DNA from: Rhynchopus sp. YZ270_cl-10
Lineage: Eukaryota
NCBI GenBank assembly: GCA_964035575.1
Contig: OZ037847.1
Span: 1,240,001 to 1,304,000, forward strand
DNA length: 64,000 nucleotides
Reading direction: 5' to 3'
Part shown: positions 1 to 11,901 of the stretch, piece after piece
Position numbering within the stretch: the stretch's first letter is position 1
Layout of the letters: each line of letters starts with the position of its first letter
Translations under genes and position numbers: made by a program
Notes under the pieces: generated by a model
What the model saw: only the letters and a program-made list of their open reading frames with translations
What the model was told of the DNA's origin: nothing
The model's database searches: none

Positions 1-199
1 TTCATCGTTTTCAACAATAAATGCCAATCTTCTCCCCAGCCCCTTCATTTTGGAGATAATGCATTATTACCCAATATCATCCAATACGCTCACAACCGCT
101 TTTTCGTACGAGCAAGTCCTTAAGGTTCGCTGCTTTGTCCTGTTGAGGATTCAAGACTCCTGAAGAGGTAGATGTGGAGGTACACAACTGCACGTAACG

Positions 200-221
200 T
201 TCGTACTTCTTCACCTCACAG
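200..221 (+). promoter_or_regulatory. Candidate 3' splice acceptor (possibly spliced-leader trans-splice site), repeated in every array unit
   Basis: TTCGTACTTCTTCACCTCACAG lies 17 nt upstream of the ATG. A similar pyrimidine tract + CAG precedes the TBC gene at ~23440-23491. Confidence 0.5.
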
Positions 222-238
222 ATAAAACACACACAATA

Positions 239-1367
239 ATGTTGACCTCCATTGCTTGCGCTTGCTGCGCCATGCACAGACCTGCGTCAGGAGTCGGGCA
301 AGCGCTGGCATGATATTGACGGCAGCCGCTACAACTGCAAGTGGTACGCACGTGACAACAACTGCATGCGCTACGGCAGTGACTACAGGAACGAGCACGT
401 CGCGCTTGAGGCCTGCTGTGCCTGTGGTGGTGGCTCTGGTTCCGACACACTTCCGATCATGGCGAACACAACGAACACCACTGTGCCGTTGCCTCCGTTG
501 CCGCCCACTCCGACAAACAGCACCGATGGCAACTGGACTGAGAACAACTCTACCGGTAACTGGACTGGAGACTACTGGACTGGCGACATCTGGACTGACA
601 GCAACTCTACCGGAAACTTGACTGGTAACAACTCCACCGGAACGGGAAACTGGACCGGCGACAACTGGACTGAGAACAACTCCACAGGAAACTGGACTGA
701 CAACAACTCTACCGGTAACTGGACTGGAGACAACTGGACTGGAAACTGGACTGACAACAACTCCACTGGAGCTGGCAACTGGACTGGCGACAACTGGACA
801 GGAAACTGGACTGGTGGTAACTCCACCGGAGCTGGCAACTGGACTGGAGACAACTGGACAGGAAACTGGACGGACAACAACTCCACCGGTAACTGGACTG
901 GCGACAACTGGACTGGAAACTGGACTGACAACAACTCCACCGGAGCGGGCAACTGGACTGGAGACAACTGGACAGGAAACTGGACTGGTGGTAACTCCAC
1001 CGGAGCTGGCAACTGGACTGGAGACAACTGGACAGGAAACTGGACGGACAACAACTCCACCGGTAACTGGACTGGCGACAACTGGACTGGAAACTGGACT
1101 GACAACAACTCCACCGGAGCGGGCAACTGGACTGGAGACAACTGGACCGGCAACTGGACTGGTGGTAACTCCACCGGAGCGGGCAACTGGACTGGAGACA
1201 ACTGGACCGGCAACTGGACTGGTGGTAACTCCACCGGAGCTGGAAACTGGACCGGCAACAACTCTAGCGGAAACTGGACTGGAGACAACTCTACTGGAAC
1301 CGGCAACTGGACTGGCGACAACTCCACCGCAGCTGGAAACTGGACCGGCGACAACTGGACCGTCTAG
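239..1367 (+). pseudogene. Frameshifted array copy 1 (5-bp deletion in the signal peptide; repeat region 60 bp shorter than the 397-aa form)
   Basis: ATGTTGACCTCCATTGCTTGCG versus intact ATGTTGACCTCCATTGTCCTGCTTGCG. The ATG frame reads MLTSIACACCAMHRPASGVGQALA*. The listed ORF starts at a TTG. Confidence 0.85.
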
Positions 1368-2449
1368 AAGATATGAGTATAGAACCCTGGCTCTTCGACA
1401 CCACAGGAATGCCGAATATTTCTGGTGTTGGTCATTTTCTTTCCCCCCCCCTTTTTTTTTGACTTCAACATTCCATTCGCATATGTTCTCTTGCAGATGA
1501 AACTGTTCATCAGTGCTCGCGAAGTATCGCAGATGGATGCGTTTTGGGAAGAAGGAATACAAGCAGACATAGTGCAACGTTCCCTGTGCATTATTCTGTT
1601 TCGTTATTCACGATCTTCGAAAGCGTTTCATATTTTGTTCTCCCTCTCAAAGACTTTTTATTAGAACCAAGGTCGGATCCCTTGTGTTCACCCGTCTCCC
1701 TCCCCTGCCTTTTGTGTTTTATTTTGATGGCATCTTTCATTGTTGGACGTTCTGTCTCATCGCACTTCTGACTGCCTCTGTGCGGAGATGACGTTCACGA
1801 TGCCTTTTTCTATTAGAATCGACATTGATCCCACTTTCTTATGTGAGGTGACTAAGCACACAGAGCGGCTTAGATACATCTTACGAACTCATCTTTTGAT
1901 GTTTCCTTTCGCTTTTATTCATGATCCTTGACTTGTTTTTCTTTCTTTACATCAAGACCCCTTTGTGCTCTTCACGACCCTTGAGGGATGTGTGACCAGC
2001 TCCACTCATCTCTCGAGGATCTCAGGGATTCTGTTTTGACAATGTGGATACAGTATGAGAGAAAGACCCGTGCCTCTGCAGCAGGCCTTCTTCTTTGGAG
2101 AAGTTTCCTTTATACTGTGTCTGGCATTGTGCAAGAAGGAACCAAGCAAGCACAATAGGTCGTCGACTACCTTTTAACCAACCACTCACCCAATTGAATT
2201 GGTGGCATCGTTTCATCGTTTTCAACAATAAATGCCAATCTTCTCCCCAGCCCCTTCATTTTGGAGATAATGCATTATTACCCAATATCATCCAATACGC
2301 TCACAACCGCTTTTTCGTACGAGCAAGTCCTTAAGGTTCGCTGCTTTGTCCTGTTGAGGATTCAAGACTCCTGAAGAGGTAGATGTGGAGGTACACAACT
2401 GCACGTAACGTTCGTACTTCTTCACCTCACAGATAAAACACACACAATA

Positions 2450-3817
2450 ATGTTGACCTCCATTGTCCTGCTTGCGCTTGCTGCGCCATGCACAGACCTG
2501 CGTCAGGAGTCGGGCAAGCGCTGGCATGATATTGACGGCAGCCGCTACAACTGCAAGTGGTACGCACGTGACAACAACTGCATGCGCTACGGCAGTGACT
2601 ACAGGAACGAGCACGTCGCGCTTGAGGCCTGCTGTGCCTGTGGTGGTGGCTCTGGTTCCGACACACTTCCGATCATGGCGAACACAACGAACACCACTGT
2701 GCCGTTGCCTCCGTTGCCGCCCACTCCGACAAACAGCACCGATGGCAACTGGACTGAGAACAACTCTACCGGTAACTGGACTGGAGACTACTGGACTGGC
2801 GACATCTGGACTGACAGCAACTCTACCGGAAACTTGACTGGTAACAACTCCACCGGAACGGGAAACTGGACCGGCGACAACTGGACTGAGAACAACTCCA
2901 CAGGAAACTGGACTGACAACAACTCTACCGGTAACTGGACTGGAGACAACTGGACTGGAAACTGGACTGACAACAACTCCACTGGAGCTGGCAACTGGAC
3001 TGGCGACAACTGGACAGGAAACTGGACTGGTGGTAACTCCACCGGAGCTGGCAACTGGACTGGAGACAACTGGACAGGAAACTGGACGGACAACAACTCC
3101 ACCGGTAACTGGACTGGCGACAACTGGACTGGAAACTGGACTGACAACAACTCCACCGGAGCGGGCAACTGGACTGGAGACAACTGGACAGGAAACTGGA
3201 CTGGTGGTAACTCCACCGGAGCTGGCAACTGGACTGGAGACAACTGGACAGGAAACTGGACGGACAACAACTCCACCGGTAACTGGACTGGCGACAACTG
3301 GACTGGAAACTGGACTGACAACAACTCCACCGGAGCGGGCAACTGGACTGGAGACAACTGGACCGGCAACTGGACTGGTGGTAACTCCACCGGAGCTGGC
3401 AACTGGACTGGAGACAACTGGACAGGAAACTGGACGGACAACAACTCCACCGGAGCTGGCAACTGGACTGGAGACAACTGGACCGGCAACTGGACTGGTG
3501 GTAACTCCACCGGAGCTGGCAACTGGACTGGAGACAACTGGACAGGAAACTGGACGGACAACAACTCCACCGGTAACTGGACTGGCGACAACTGGACTGG
3601 AAACTGGACTGACAACAACTCCACCGGAGCGGGCAACTGGACTGGAGACAACTGGACCGGCAACTGGACTGGTGGTAACTCCACCGGAGCTGGAAACTGG
3701 ACCGGCAACAACTCTAGCGGAAACTGGACTGGAGACAACTCTACTGGAACCGGCAACTGGACTGGCGACAACTCCACCGCAGCTGGAAACTGGACCGGCG
3801 ACAACTGGACCGTCTAG
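2450..3817 (+). CDS. Secreted Cys-domain / NWT-repeat glycoprotein, long form (455 aa)
   Basis: Hydrophobic signal-like N-terminus MLTSIVLLALA, 6-Cys domain ending ACCACGGG, Pro/Thr linker, then NWTG/NNST repeats whose variation is mostly at third codon positions. Confidence 0.9.
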   Translation: MLTSIVLLALAAPCTDLRQESGKRWHDIDGSRYNCKWYARDNNCMRYGSDYRNEHVALEACCACGGGSGSDTLPIMANTTNTTVPLPPLPPTPTNSTDGNWTENNSTGNWTGDYWTGDIWTDSNSTGNLTGNNSTGTGNWTGDNWTENNSTGNWTDNNSTGNWTGDNWTGNWTDNNSTGAGNWTGDNWTGNWTGGNSTGAGNWTGDNWTGNWTDNNSTGNWTGDNWTGNWTDNNSTGAGNWTGDNWTGNWTGGNSTGAGNWTGDNWTGNWTDNNSTGNWTGDNWTGNWTDNNSTGAGNWTGDNWTGNWTGGNSTGAGNWTGDNWTGNWTDNNSTGAGNWTGDNWTGNWTGGNSTGAGNWTGDNWTGNWTDNNSTGNWTGDNWTGNWTDNNSTGAGNWTGDNWTGNWTGGNSTGAGNWTGNNSSGNWTGDNSTGTGNWTGDNSTAAGNWTGDNWTV

Positions 3818-4899
3818 AAGATATGAGTATAGAACCCTGGCTCTTCGACACCACAGGAATGCCGAATATTTCTGGTGTTGGTCATTTTCTTTCCCCCCCC
3901 CTTTTTTTTTGACTTCAACATTCCATTCGCATATGTTCTCTTGCAGATGAAACTGTTCATCAGTGCTCGCGAAGTATCGCAGATGGATGCGTTTTGGGAA
4001 GAAGGAATACAAGCAGACATAGTGCAACGTTCCCTGTGCATTATTCTGTTTCGTTATTCACGATCTTCGAAAGCGTTTCATATTTTGTTCTCCCTCTCAA
4101 AGACTTTTTATTAGAACCAAGGTCGGATCCCTTGTGTTCACCCGTCTCCCTCCCCTGCCTTTTGTGTTTTATTTTGATGGCATCTTTCATTGTTGGACGT
4201 TCTGTCTCATCGCACTTCTGACTGCCTCTGTGCGGAGATGACGTTCACGATGCCTTTTTCTATTAGAATCGACATTGATCCCACTTTCTTATGTGAGGTG
4301 ACTAAGCACACAGAGCGGCTTAGATACATCTTACGAACTCATCTTTTGATGTTTCCTTTCGCTTTTATTCATGATCCTTGACTTGTTTTTCTTTCTTTAC
4401 ATCAAGACCCCTTTGTGCTCTTCACGACCCTTGAGGGATGTGTGACCAGCTCCACTCATCTCTCGAGGATCTCAGGGATTCTGTTTTGACAATGTGGATA
4501 CAGTATGAGAGAAAGACCCGTGCCTCTGCAGCAGGCCTTCTTCTTTGGAGAAGTTTCCTTTATACTGTGTCTGGCATTGTGCAAGAAGGAACCAAGCAAG
4601 CACAATAGGTCGTCGACTACCTTTTAACCAACCACTCACCCAATTGAATTGGTGGCATCGTTTCATCGTTTTCAACAATAAATGCCAATCTTCTCCCCAG
4701 CCCCTTCATTTTGGAGATAATGCATTATTACCCAATATCATCCAATACGCTCACAACCGCTTTTTCGTACGAGCAAGTCCTTAAGGTTCGCTGCTTTGTC
4801 CTGTTGAGGATTCAAGACTCCTGAAGAGGTAGATGTGGAGGTACACAACTGCACGTAACGTTCGTACTTCTTCACCTCACAGATAAAACACACACAATA

Positions 4900-6093
4900 A
4901 TGTTGACCTCCATTGTCCTGCTTGCGCTTGCTGCGCCATGCACAGACCTGCGTCAGGAGTCGGGCAAGCGCTGGCATGATATTGACGGCAGCCGCTACAA
5001 CTGCAAGTGGTACGCACGTGACAACAACTGCATGCGCTACGGCAGTGACTACAGGAACGAGCACGTCGCGCTTGAGGCCTGCTGTGCCTGTGGTGGTGGC
5101 TCTGGTTCCGACACACTTCCGATCATGGCGAACACAACGAACACCACTGTGCCGTTGCCTCCGTTGCCGCCCACTCCGACAAACAGCACCGATGGCAACT
5201 GGACTGAGAACAACTCTACCGGTAACTGGACTGGAGACTACTGGACTGGCGACATCTGGACTGACAGCAACTCTACCGGAAACTTGACTGGTAACAACTC
5301 CACCGGAACGGGAAACTGGACCGGCGACAACTGGACTGAGAACAACTCCACAGGAAACTGGACTGACAACAACTCTACCGGTAACTGGACTGGAGACAAC
5401 TGGACTGGAAACTGGACTGACAACAACTCCACTGGAGCTGGCAACTGGACTGGCGACAACTGGACAGGAAACTGGACTGGTGGTAACTCCACCGGAGCTG
5501 GCAACTGGACTGGAGACAACTGGACAGGAAACTGGACGGACAACAACTCCACCGGTAACTGGACTGGCGACAACTGGACTGGAAACTGGACTGACAACAA
5601 CTCCACCGGAGCGGGCAACTGGACTGGAGACAACTGGACCGGCAACTGGACTGGTGGTAACTCCACCGGAGCTGGCAACTGGACTGGAGACAACTGGACA
5701 GGAAACTGGACGGACAACAACTCCACCGGAGCTGGCAACTGGACTGGAGACAACTGGACCGGCAACTGGACTGGTGGTAACTCCACCGGAGCTGGCAACT
5801 GGACTGGAGACAACTGGACAGGAAACTGGACGGACAACAACTCCACCGGTAACTGGACTGGCGACAACTGGACTGGAAACTGGACTGACAACAACTCCAC
5901 CGGAGCGGGCAACTGGACTGGAGACAACTGGACCGGCAACTGGACTGGTGGTAACTCCACCGGAGCTGGAAACTGGACCGGCAACAACTCTAGCGGAAAC
6001 TGGACTGGAGACAACTCTACTGGAACCGGCAACTGGACTGGCGACAACTCCACCGCAGCTGGAAACTGGACCGGCGACAACTGGACCGTCTAG
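4900..6093 (+). CDS. Secreted Cys-domain / NWT-repeat glycoprotein, short form (397 aa)
   Basis: Same as the 2450 copy minus one 174-bp (58-aa) repeat block. Confidence 0.9.
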   Translation: MLTSIVLLALAAPCTDLRQESGKRWHDIDGSRYNCKWYARDNNCMRYGSDYRNEHVALEACCACGGGSGSDTLPIMANTTNTTVPLPPLPPTPTNSTDGNWTENNSTGNWTGDYWTGDIWTDSNSTGNLTGNNSTGTGNWTGDNWTENNSTGNWTDNNSTGNWTGDNWTGNWTDNNSTGAGNWTGDNWTGNWTGGNSTGAGNWTGDNWTGNWTDNNSTGNWTGDNWTGNWTDNNSTGAGNWTGDNWTGNWTGGNSTGAGNWTGDNWTGNWTDNNSTGAGNWTGDNWTGNWTGGNSTGAGNWTGDNWTGNWTDNNSTGNWTGDNWTGNWTDNNSTGAGNWTGDNWTGNWTGGNSTGAGNWTGNNSSGNWTGDNSTGTGNWTGDNSTAAGNWTGDNWTV

Positions 6094-7175
6094 AAGATAT
6101 GAGTATAGAACCCTGGCTCTTCGACACCACAGGAATGCCGAATATTTCTGGTGTTGGTCATTTTCTTTCCCCCCCCCTTTTTTTTTGACTTCAACATTCC
6201 ATTCGCATATGTTCTCTTGCAGATGAAACTGTTCATCAGTGCTCGCGAAGTATCGCAGATGGATGCGTTTTGGGAAGAAGGAATACAAGCAGACATAGTG
6301 CAACGTTCCCTGTGCATTATTCTGTTTCGTTATTCACGATCTTCGAAAGCGTTTCATATTTTGTTCTCCCTCTCAAAGACTTTTTATTAGAACCAAGGTC
6401 GGATCCCTTGTGTTCACCCGTCTCCCTCCCCTGCCTTTTGTGTTTTATTTTGATGGCATCTTTCATTGTTGGACGTTCTGTCTCATCGCACTTCTGACTG
6501 CCTCTGTGCGGAGATGACGTTCACGATGCCTTTTTCTATTAGAATCGACATTGATCCCACTTTCTTATGTGAGGTGACTAAGCACACAGAGCGGCTTAGA
6601 TACATCTTACGAACTCATCTTTTGATGTTTCCTTTCGCTTTTATTCATGATCCTTGACTTGTTTTTCTTTCTTTACATCAAGACCCCTTTGTGCTCTTCA
6701 CGACCCTTGAGGGATGTGTGACCAGCTCCACTCATCTCTCGAGGATCTCAGGGATTCTGTTTTGACAATGTGGATACAGTATGAGAGAAAGACCCGTGCC
6801 TCTGCAGCAGGCCTTCTTCTTTGGAGAAGTTTCCTTTATACTGTGTCTGGCATTGTGCAAGAAGGAACCAAGCAAGCACAATAGGTCGTCGACTACCTTT
6901 TAACCAACCACTCACCCAATTGAATTGGTGGCATCGTTTCATCGTTTTCAACAATAAATGCCAATCTTCTCCCCAGCCCCTTCATTTTGGAGATAATGCA
7001 TTATTACCCAATATCATCCAATACGCTCACAACCGCTTTTTCGTACGAGCAAGTCCTTAAGGTTCGCTGCTTTGTCCTGTTGAGGATTCAAGACTCCTGA
7101 AGAGGTAGATGTGGAGGTACACAACTGCACGTAACGTTCGTACTTCTTCACCTCACAGATAAAACACACACAATA

Positions 7176-8369
7176 ATGTTGACCTCCATTGTCCTGCTTG
7201 CGCTTGCTGCGCCATGCACAGACCTGCGTCAGGAGTCGGGCAAGCGCTGGCATGATATTGACGGCAGCCGCTACAACTGCAAGTGGTACGCACGTGACAA
7301 CAACTGCATGCGCTACGGCAGTGACTACAGGAACGAGCACGTCGCGCTTGAGGCCTGCTGTGCCTGTGGTGGTGGCTCTGGTTCCGACACACTTCCGATC
7401 ATGGCGAACACAACGAACACCACTGTGCCGTTGCCTCCGTTGCCGCCCACTCCGACAAACAGCACCGATGGCAACTGGACTGAGAACAACTCTACCGGTA
7501 ACTGGACTGGAGACTACTGGACTGGCGACATCTGGACTGACAGCAACTCTACCGGAAACTTGACTGGTAACAACTCCACCGGAACGGGAAACTGGACCGG
7601 CGACAACTGGACTGAGAACAACTCCACAGGAAACTGGACTGACAACAACTCTACCGGTAACTGGACTGGAGACAACTGGACTGGAAACTGGACTGACAAC
7701 AACTCCACTGGAGCTGGCAACTGGACTGGCGACAACTGGACAGGAAACTGGACTGGTGGTAACTCCACCGGAGCTGGCAACTGGACTGGAGACAACTGGA
7801 CAGGAAACTGGACGGACAACAACTCCACCGGTAACTGGACTGGCGACAACTGGACTGGAAACTGGACTGACAACAACTCCACCGGAGCGGGCAACTGGAC
7901 TGGAGACAACTGGACCGGCAACTGGACTGGTGGTAACTCCACCGGAGCTGGCAACTGGACTGGAGACAACTGGACAGGAAACTGGACGGACAACAACTCC
8001 ACCGGAGCTGGCAACTGGACTGGAGACAACTGGACCGGCAACTGGACTGGTGGTAACTCCACCGGAGCTGGCAACTGGACTGGAGACAACTGGACAGGAA
8101 ACTGGACGGACAACAACTCCACCGGTAACTGGACTGGCGACAACTGGACTGGAAACTGGACTGACAACAACTCCACCGGAGCGGGCAACTGGACTGGAGA
8201 CAACTGGACCGGCAACTGGACTGGTGGTAACTCCACCGGAGCTGGAAACTGGACCGGCAACAACTCTAGCGGAAACTGGACTGGAGACAACTCTACTGGA
8301 ACCGGCAACTGGACTGGCGACAACTCCACCGCAGCTGGAAACTGGACCGGCGACAACTGGACCGTCTAG
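7176..8369 (+). CDS. Secreted Cys-domain / NWT-repeat glycoprotein, short form (397 aa)
   Basis: Array copy 4; translation identical to the 4900 copy. Confidence 0.9.
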   Translation: MLTSIVLLALAAPCTDLRQESGKRWHDIDGSRYNCKWYARDNNCMRYGSDYRNEHVALEACCACGGGSGSDTLPIMANTTNTTVPLPPLPPTPTNSTDGNWTENNSTGNWTGDYWTGDIWTDSNSTGNLTGNNSTGTGNWTGDNWTENNSTGNWTDNNSTGNWTGDNWTGNWTDNNSTGAGNWTGDNWTGNWTGGNSTGAGNWTGDNWTGNWTDNNSTGNWTGDNWTGNWTDNNSTGAGNWTGDNWTGNWTGGNSTGAGNWTGDNWTGNWTDNNSTGAGNWTGDNWTGNWTGGNSTGAGNWTGDNWTGNWTDNNSTGNWTGDNWTGNWTDNNSTGAGNWTGDNWTGNWTGGNSTGAGNWTGNNSSGNWTGDNSTGTGNWTGDNSTAAGNWTGDNWTV

Positions 8370-9451
8370 AAGATATGAGTATAGAACCCTGGCTCTTCGA
8401 CACCACAGGAATGCCGAATATTTCTGGTGTTGGTCATTTTCTTTCCCCCCCCCTTTTTTTTTGACTTCAACATTCCATTCGCATATGTTCTCTTGCAGAT
8501 GAAACTGTTCATCAGTGCTCGCGAAGTATCGCAGATGGATGCGTTTTGGGAAGAAGGAATACAAGCAGACATAGTGCAACGTTCCCTGTGCATTATTCTG
8601 TTTCGTTATTCACGATCTTCGAAAGCGTTTCATATTTTGTTCTCCCTCTCAAAGACTTTTTATTAGAACCAAGGTCGGATCCCTTGTGTTCACCCGTCTC
8701 CCTCCCCTGCCTTTTGTGTTTTATTTTGATGGCATCTTTCATTGTTGGACGTTCTGTCTCATCGCACTTCTGACTGCCTCTGTGCGGAGATGACGTTCAC
8801 GATGCCTTTTTCTATTAGAATCGACATTGATCCCACTTTCTTATGTGAGGTGACTAAGCACACAGAGCGGCTTAGATACATCTTACGAACTCATCTTTTG
8901 ATGTTTCCTTTCGCTTTTATTCATGATCCTTGACTTGTTTTTCTTTCTTTACATCAAGACCCCTTTGTGCTCTTCACGACCCTTGAGGGATGTGTGACCA
9001 GCTCCACTCATCTCTCGAGGATCTCAGGGATTCTGTTTTGACAATGTGGATACAGTATGAGAGAAAGACCCGTGCCTCTGCAGCAGGCCTTCTTCTTTGG
9101 AGAAGTTTCCTTTATACTGTGTCTGGCATTGTGCAAGAAGGAACCAAGCAAGCACAATAGGTCGTCGACTACCTTTTAACCAACCACTCACCCAATTGAA
9201 TTGGTGGCATCGTTTCATCGTTTTCAACAATAAATGCCAATCTTCTCCCCAGCCCCTTCATTTTGGAGATAATGCATTATTACCCAATATCATCCAATAC
9301 GCTCACAACCGCTTTTTCGTACGAGCAAGTCCTTAAGGTTCGCTGCTTTGTCCTGTTGAGGATTCAAGACTCCTGAAGAGGTAGATGTGGAGGTACACAA
9401 CTGCACGTAACGTTCGTACTTCTTCACCTCACAGATAAAACACACACAATA

Positions 9452-10819
9452 ATGTTGACCTCCATTGTCCTGCTTGCGCTTGCTGCGCCATGCACAGACC
9501 TGCGTCAGGAGTCGGGCAAGCGCTGGCATGATATTGACGGCAGCCGCTACAACTGCAAGTGGTACGCACGTGACAACAACTGCATGCGCTACGGCAGTGA
9601 CTACAGGAACGAGCACGTCGCGCTTGAGGCCTGCTGTGCCTGTGGTGGTGGCTCTGGTTCCGACACACTTCCGATCATGGCGAACACAACGAACACCACT
9701 GTGCCGTTGCCTCCGTTGCCGCCCACTCCGACAAACAGCACCGATGGCAACTGGACTGAGAACAACTCTACCGGTAACTGGACTGGAGACTACTGGACTG
9801 GCGACATCTGGACTGACAGCAACTCTACCGGAAACTTGACTGGTAACAACTCCACCGGAACGGGAAACTGGACCGGCGACAACTGGACTGAGAACAACTC
9901 CACAGGAAACTGGACTGACAACAACTCTACCGGTAACTGGACTGGAGACAACTGGACTGGAAACTGGACTGACAACAACTCCACTGGAGCTGGCAACTGG
10001 ACTGGCGACAACTGGACAGGAAACTGGACTGGTGGTAACTCCACCGGAGCTGGCAACTGGACTGGAGACAACTGGACAGGAAACTGGACGGACAACAACT
10101 CCACCGGTAACTGGACTGGCGACAACTGGACTGGAAACTGGACTGACAACAACTCCACCGGAGCGGGCAACTGGACTGGAGACAACTGGACAGGAAACTG
10201 GACTGGTGGTAACTCCACCGGAGCTGGCAACTGGACTGGAGACAACTGGACAGGAAACTGGACGGACAACAACTCCACCGGTAACTGGACTGGCGACAAC
10301 TGGACTGGAAACTGGACTGACAACAACTCCACCGGAGCGGGCAACTGGACTGGAGACAACTGGACCGGCAACTGGACTGGTGGTAACTCCACCGGAGCTG
10401 GCAACTGGACTGGAGACAACTGGACAGGAAACTGGACGGACAACAACTCCACCGGAGCTGGCAACTGGACTGGAGACAACTGGACCGGCAACTGGACTGG
10501 TGGTAACTCCACCGGAGCTGGCAACTGGACTGGAGACAACTGGACAGGAAACTGGACGGACAACAACTCCACCGGTAACTGGACTGGCGACAACTGGACT
10601 GGAAACTGGACTGACAACAACTCCACCGGAGCGGGCAACTGGACTGGAGACAACTGGACCGGCAACTGGACTGGTGGTAACTCCACCGGAGCTGGAAACT
10701 GGACCGGCAACAACTCTAGCGGAAACTGGACTGGAGACAACTCTACTGGAACCGGCAACTGGACTGGCGACAACTCCACCGCAGCTGGAAACTGGACCGG
10801 CGACAACTGGACCGTCTAG
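9452..10819 (+). CDS. Secreted Cys-domain / NWT-repeat glycoprotein, long form (455 aa)
   Basis: Array copy 5; translation identical to the 2450 copy. Confidence 0.9.
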   Translation: MLTSIVLLALAAPCTDLRQESGKRWHDIDGSRYNCKWYARDNNCMRYGSDYRNEHVALEACCACGGGSGSDTLPIMANTTNTTVPLPPLPPTPTNSTDGNWTENNSTGNWTGDYWTGDIWTDSNSTGNLTGNNSTGTGNWTGDNWTENNSTGNWTDNNSTGNWTGDNWTGNWTDNNSTGAGNWTGDNWTGNWTGGNSTGAGNWTGDNWTGNWTDNNSTGNWTGDNWTGNWTDNNSTGAGNWTGDNWTGNWTGGNSTGAGNWTGDNWTGNWTDNNSTGNWTGDNWTGNWTDNNSTGAGNWTGDNWTGNWTGGNSTGAGNWTGDNWTGNWTDNNSTGAGNWTGDNWTGNWTGGNSTGAGNWTGDNWTGNWTDNNSTGNWTGDNWTGNWTDNNSTGAGNWTGDNWTGNWTGGNSTGAGNWTGNNSSGNWTGDNSTGTGNWTGDNSTAAGNWTGDNWTV

Positions 10820-11901
10820 AAGATATGAGTATAGAACCCTGGCTCTTCGACACCACAGGAATGCCGAATATTTCTGGTGTTGGTCATTTTCTTTCCCCCC
10901 CCCTTTTTTTTTGACTTCAACATTCCATTCGCATATGTTCTCTTGCAGATGAAACTGTTCATCAGTGCTCGCGAAGTATCGCAGATGGATGCGTTTTGGG
11001 AAGAAGGAATACAAGCAGACATAGTGCAACGTTCCCTGTGCATTATTCTGTTTCGTTATTCACGATCTTCGAAAGCGTTTCATATTTTGTTCTCCCTCTC
11101 AAAGACTTTTTATTAGAACCAAGGTCGGATCCCTTGTGTTCACCCGTCTCCCTCCCCTGCCTTTTGTGTTTTATTTTGATGGCATCTTTCATTGTTGGAC
11201 GTTCTGTCTCATCGCACTTCTGACTGCCTCTGTGCGGAGATGACGTTCACGATGCCTTTTTCTATTAGAATCGACATTGATCCCACTTTCTTATGTGAGG
11301 TGACTAAGCACACAGAGCGGCTTAGATACATCTTACGAACTCATCTTTTGATGTTTCCTTTCGCTTTTATTCATGATCCTTGACTTGTTTTTCTTTCTTT
11401 ACATCAAGACCCCTTTGTGCTCTTCACGACCCTTGAGGGATGTGTGACCAGCTCCACTCATCTCTCGAGGATCTCAGGGATTCTGTTTTGACAATGTGGA
11501 TACAGTATGAGAGAAAGACCCGTGCCTCTGCAGCAGGCCTTCTTCTTTGGAGAAGTTTCCTTTATACTGTGTCTGGCATTGTGCAAGAAGGAACCAAGCA
11601 AGCACAATAGGTCGTCGACTACCTTTTAACCAACCACTCACCCAATTGAATTGGTGGCATCGTTTCATCGTTTTCAACAATAAATGCCAATCTTCTCCCC
11701 AGCCCCTTCATTTTGGAGATAATGCATTATTACCCAATATCATCCAATACGCTCACAACCGCTTTTTCGTACGAGCAAGTCCTTAAGGTTCGCTGCTTTG
11801 TCCTGTTGAGGATTCAAGACTCCTGAAGAGGTAGATGTGGAGGTACACAACTGCACGTAACGTTCGTACTTCTTCACCTCACAGATAAAACACACACAAT
11901 A

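Noticed and set aside
528..1364. CRISPR-like or non-coding satellite reading of the AACTGGAC repeats
   Set aside because: No unique spacers or cas genes; repeat units are multiples of 3 inside a coding frame.
528..1364. C-mannosylation (WxxW) motifs in the Trp repeats
   Set aside because: Trp spacing is WxxxW or longer, not WxxW.
1378..1389. TATAGAACCCTG after each array stop codon equals the 25636 MITE terminus
   Set aside because: Only 12 bp, with no partner TIR, TSD or subterminal repeats; chance or an unprovable relic.
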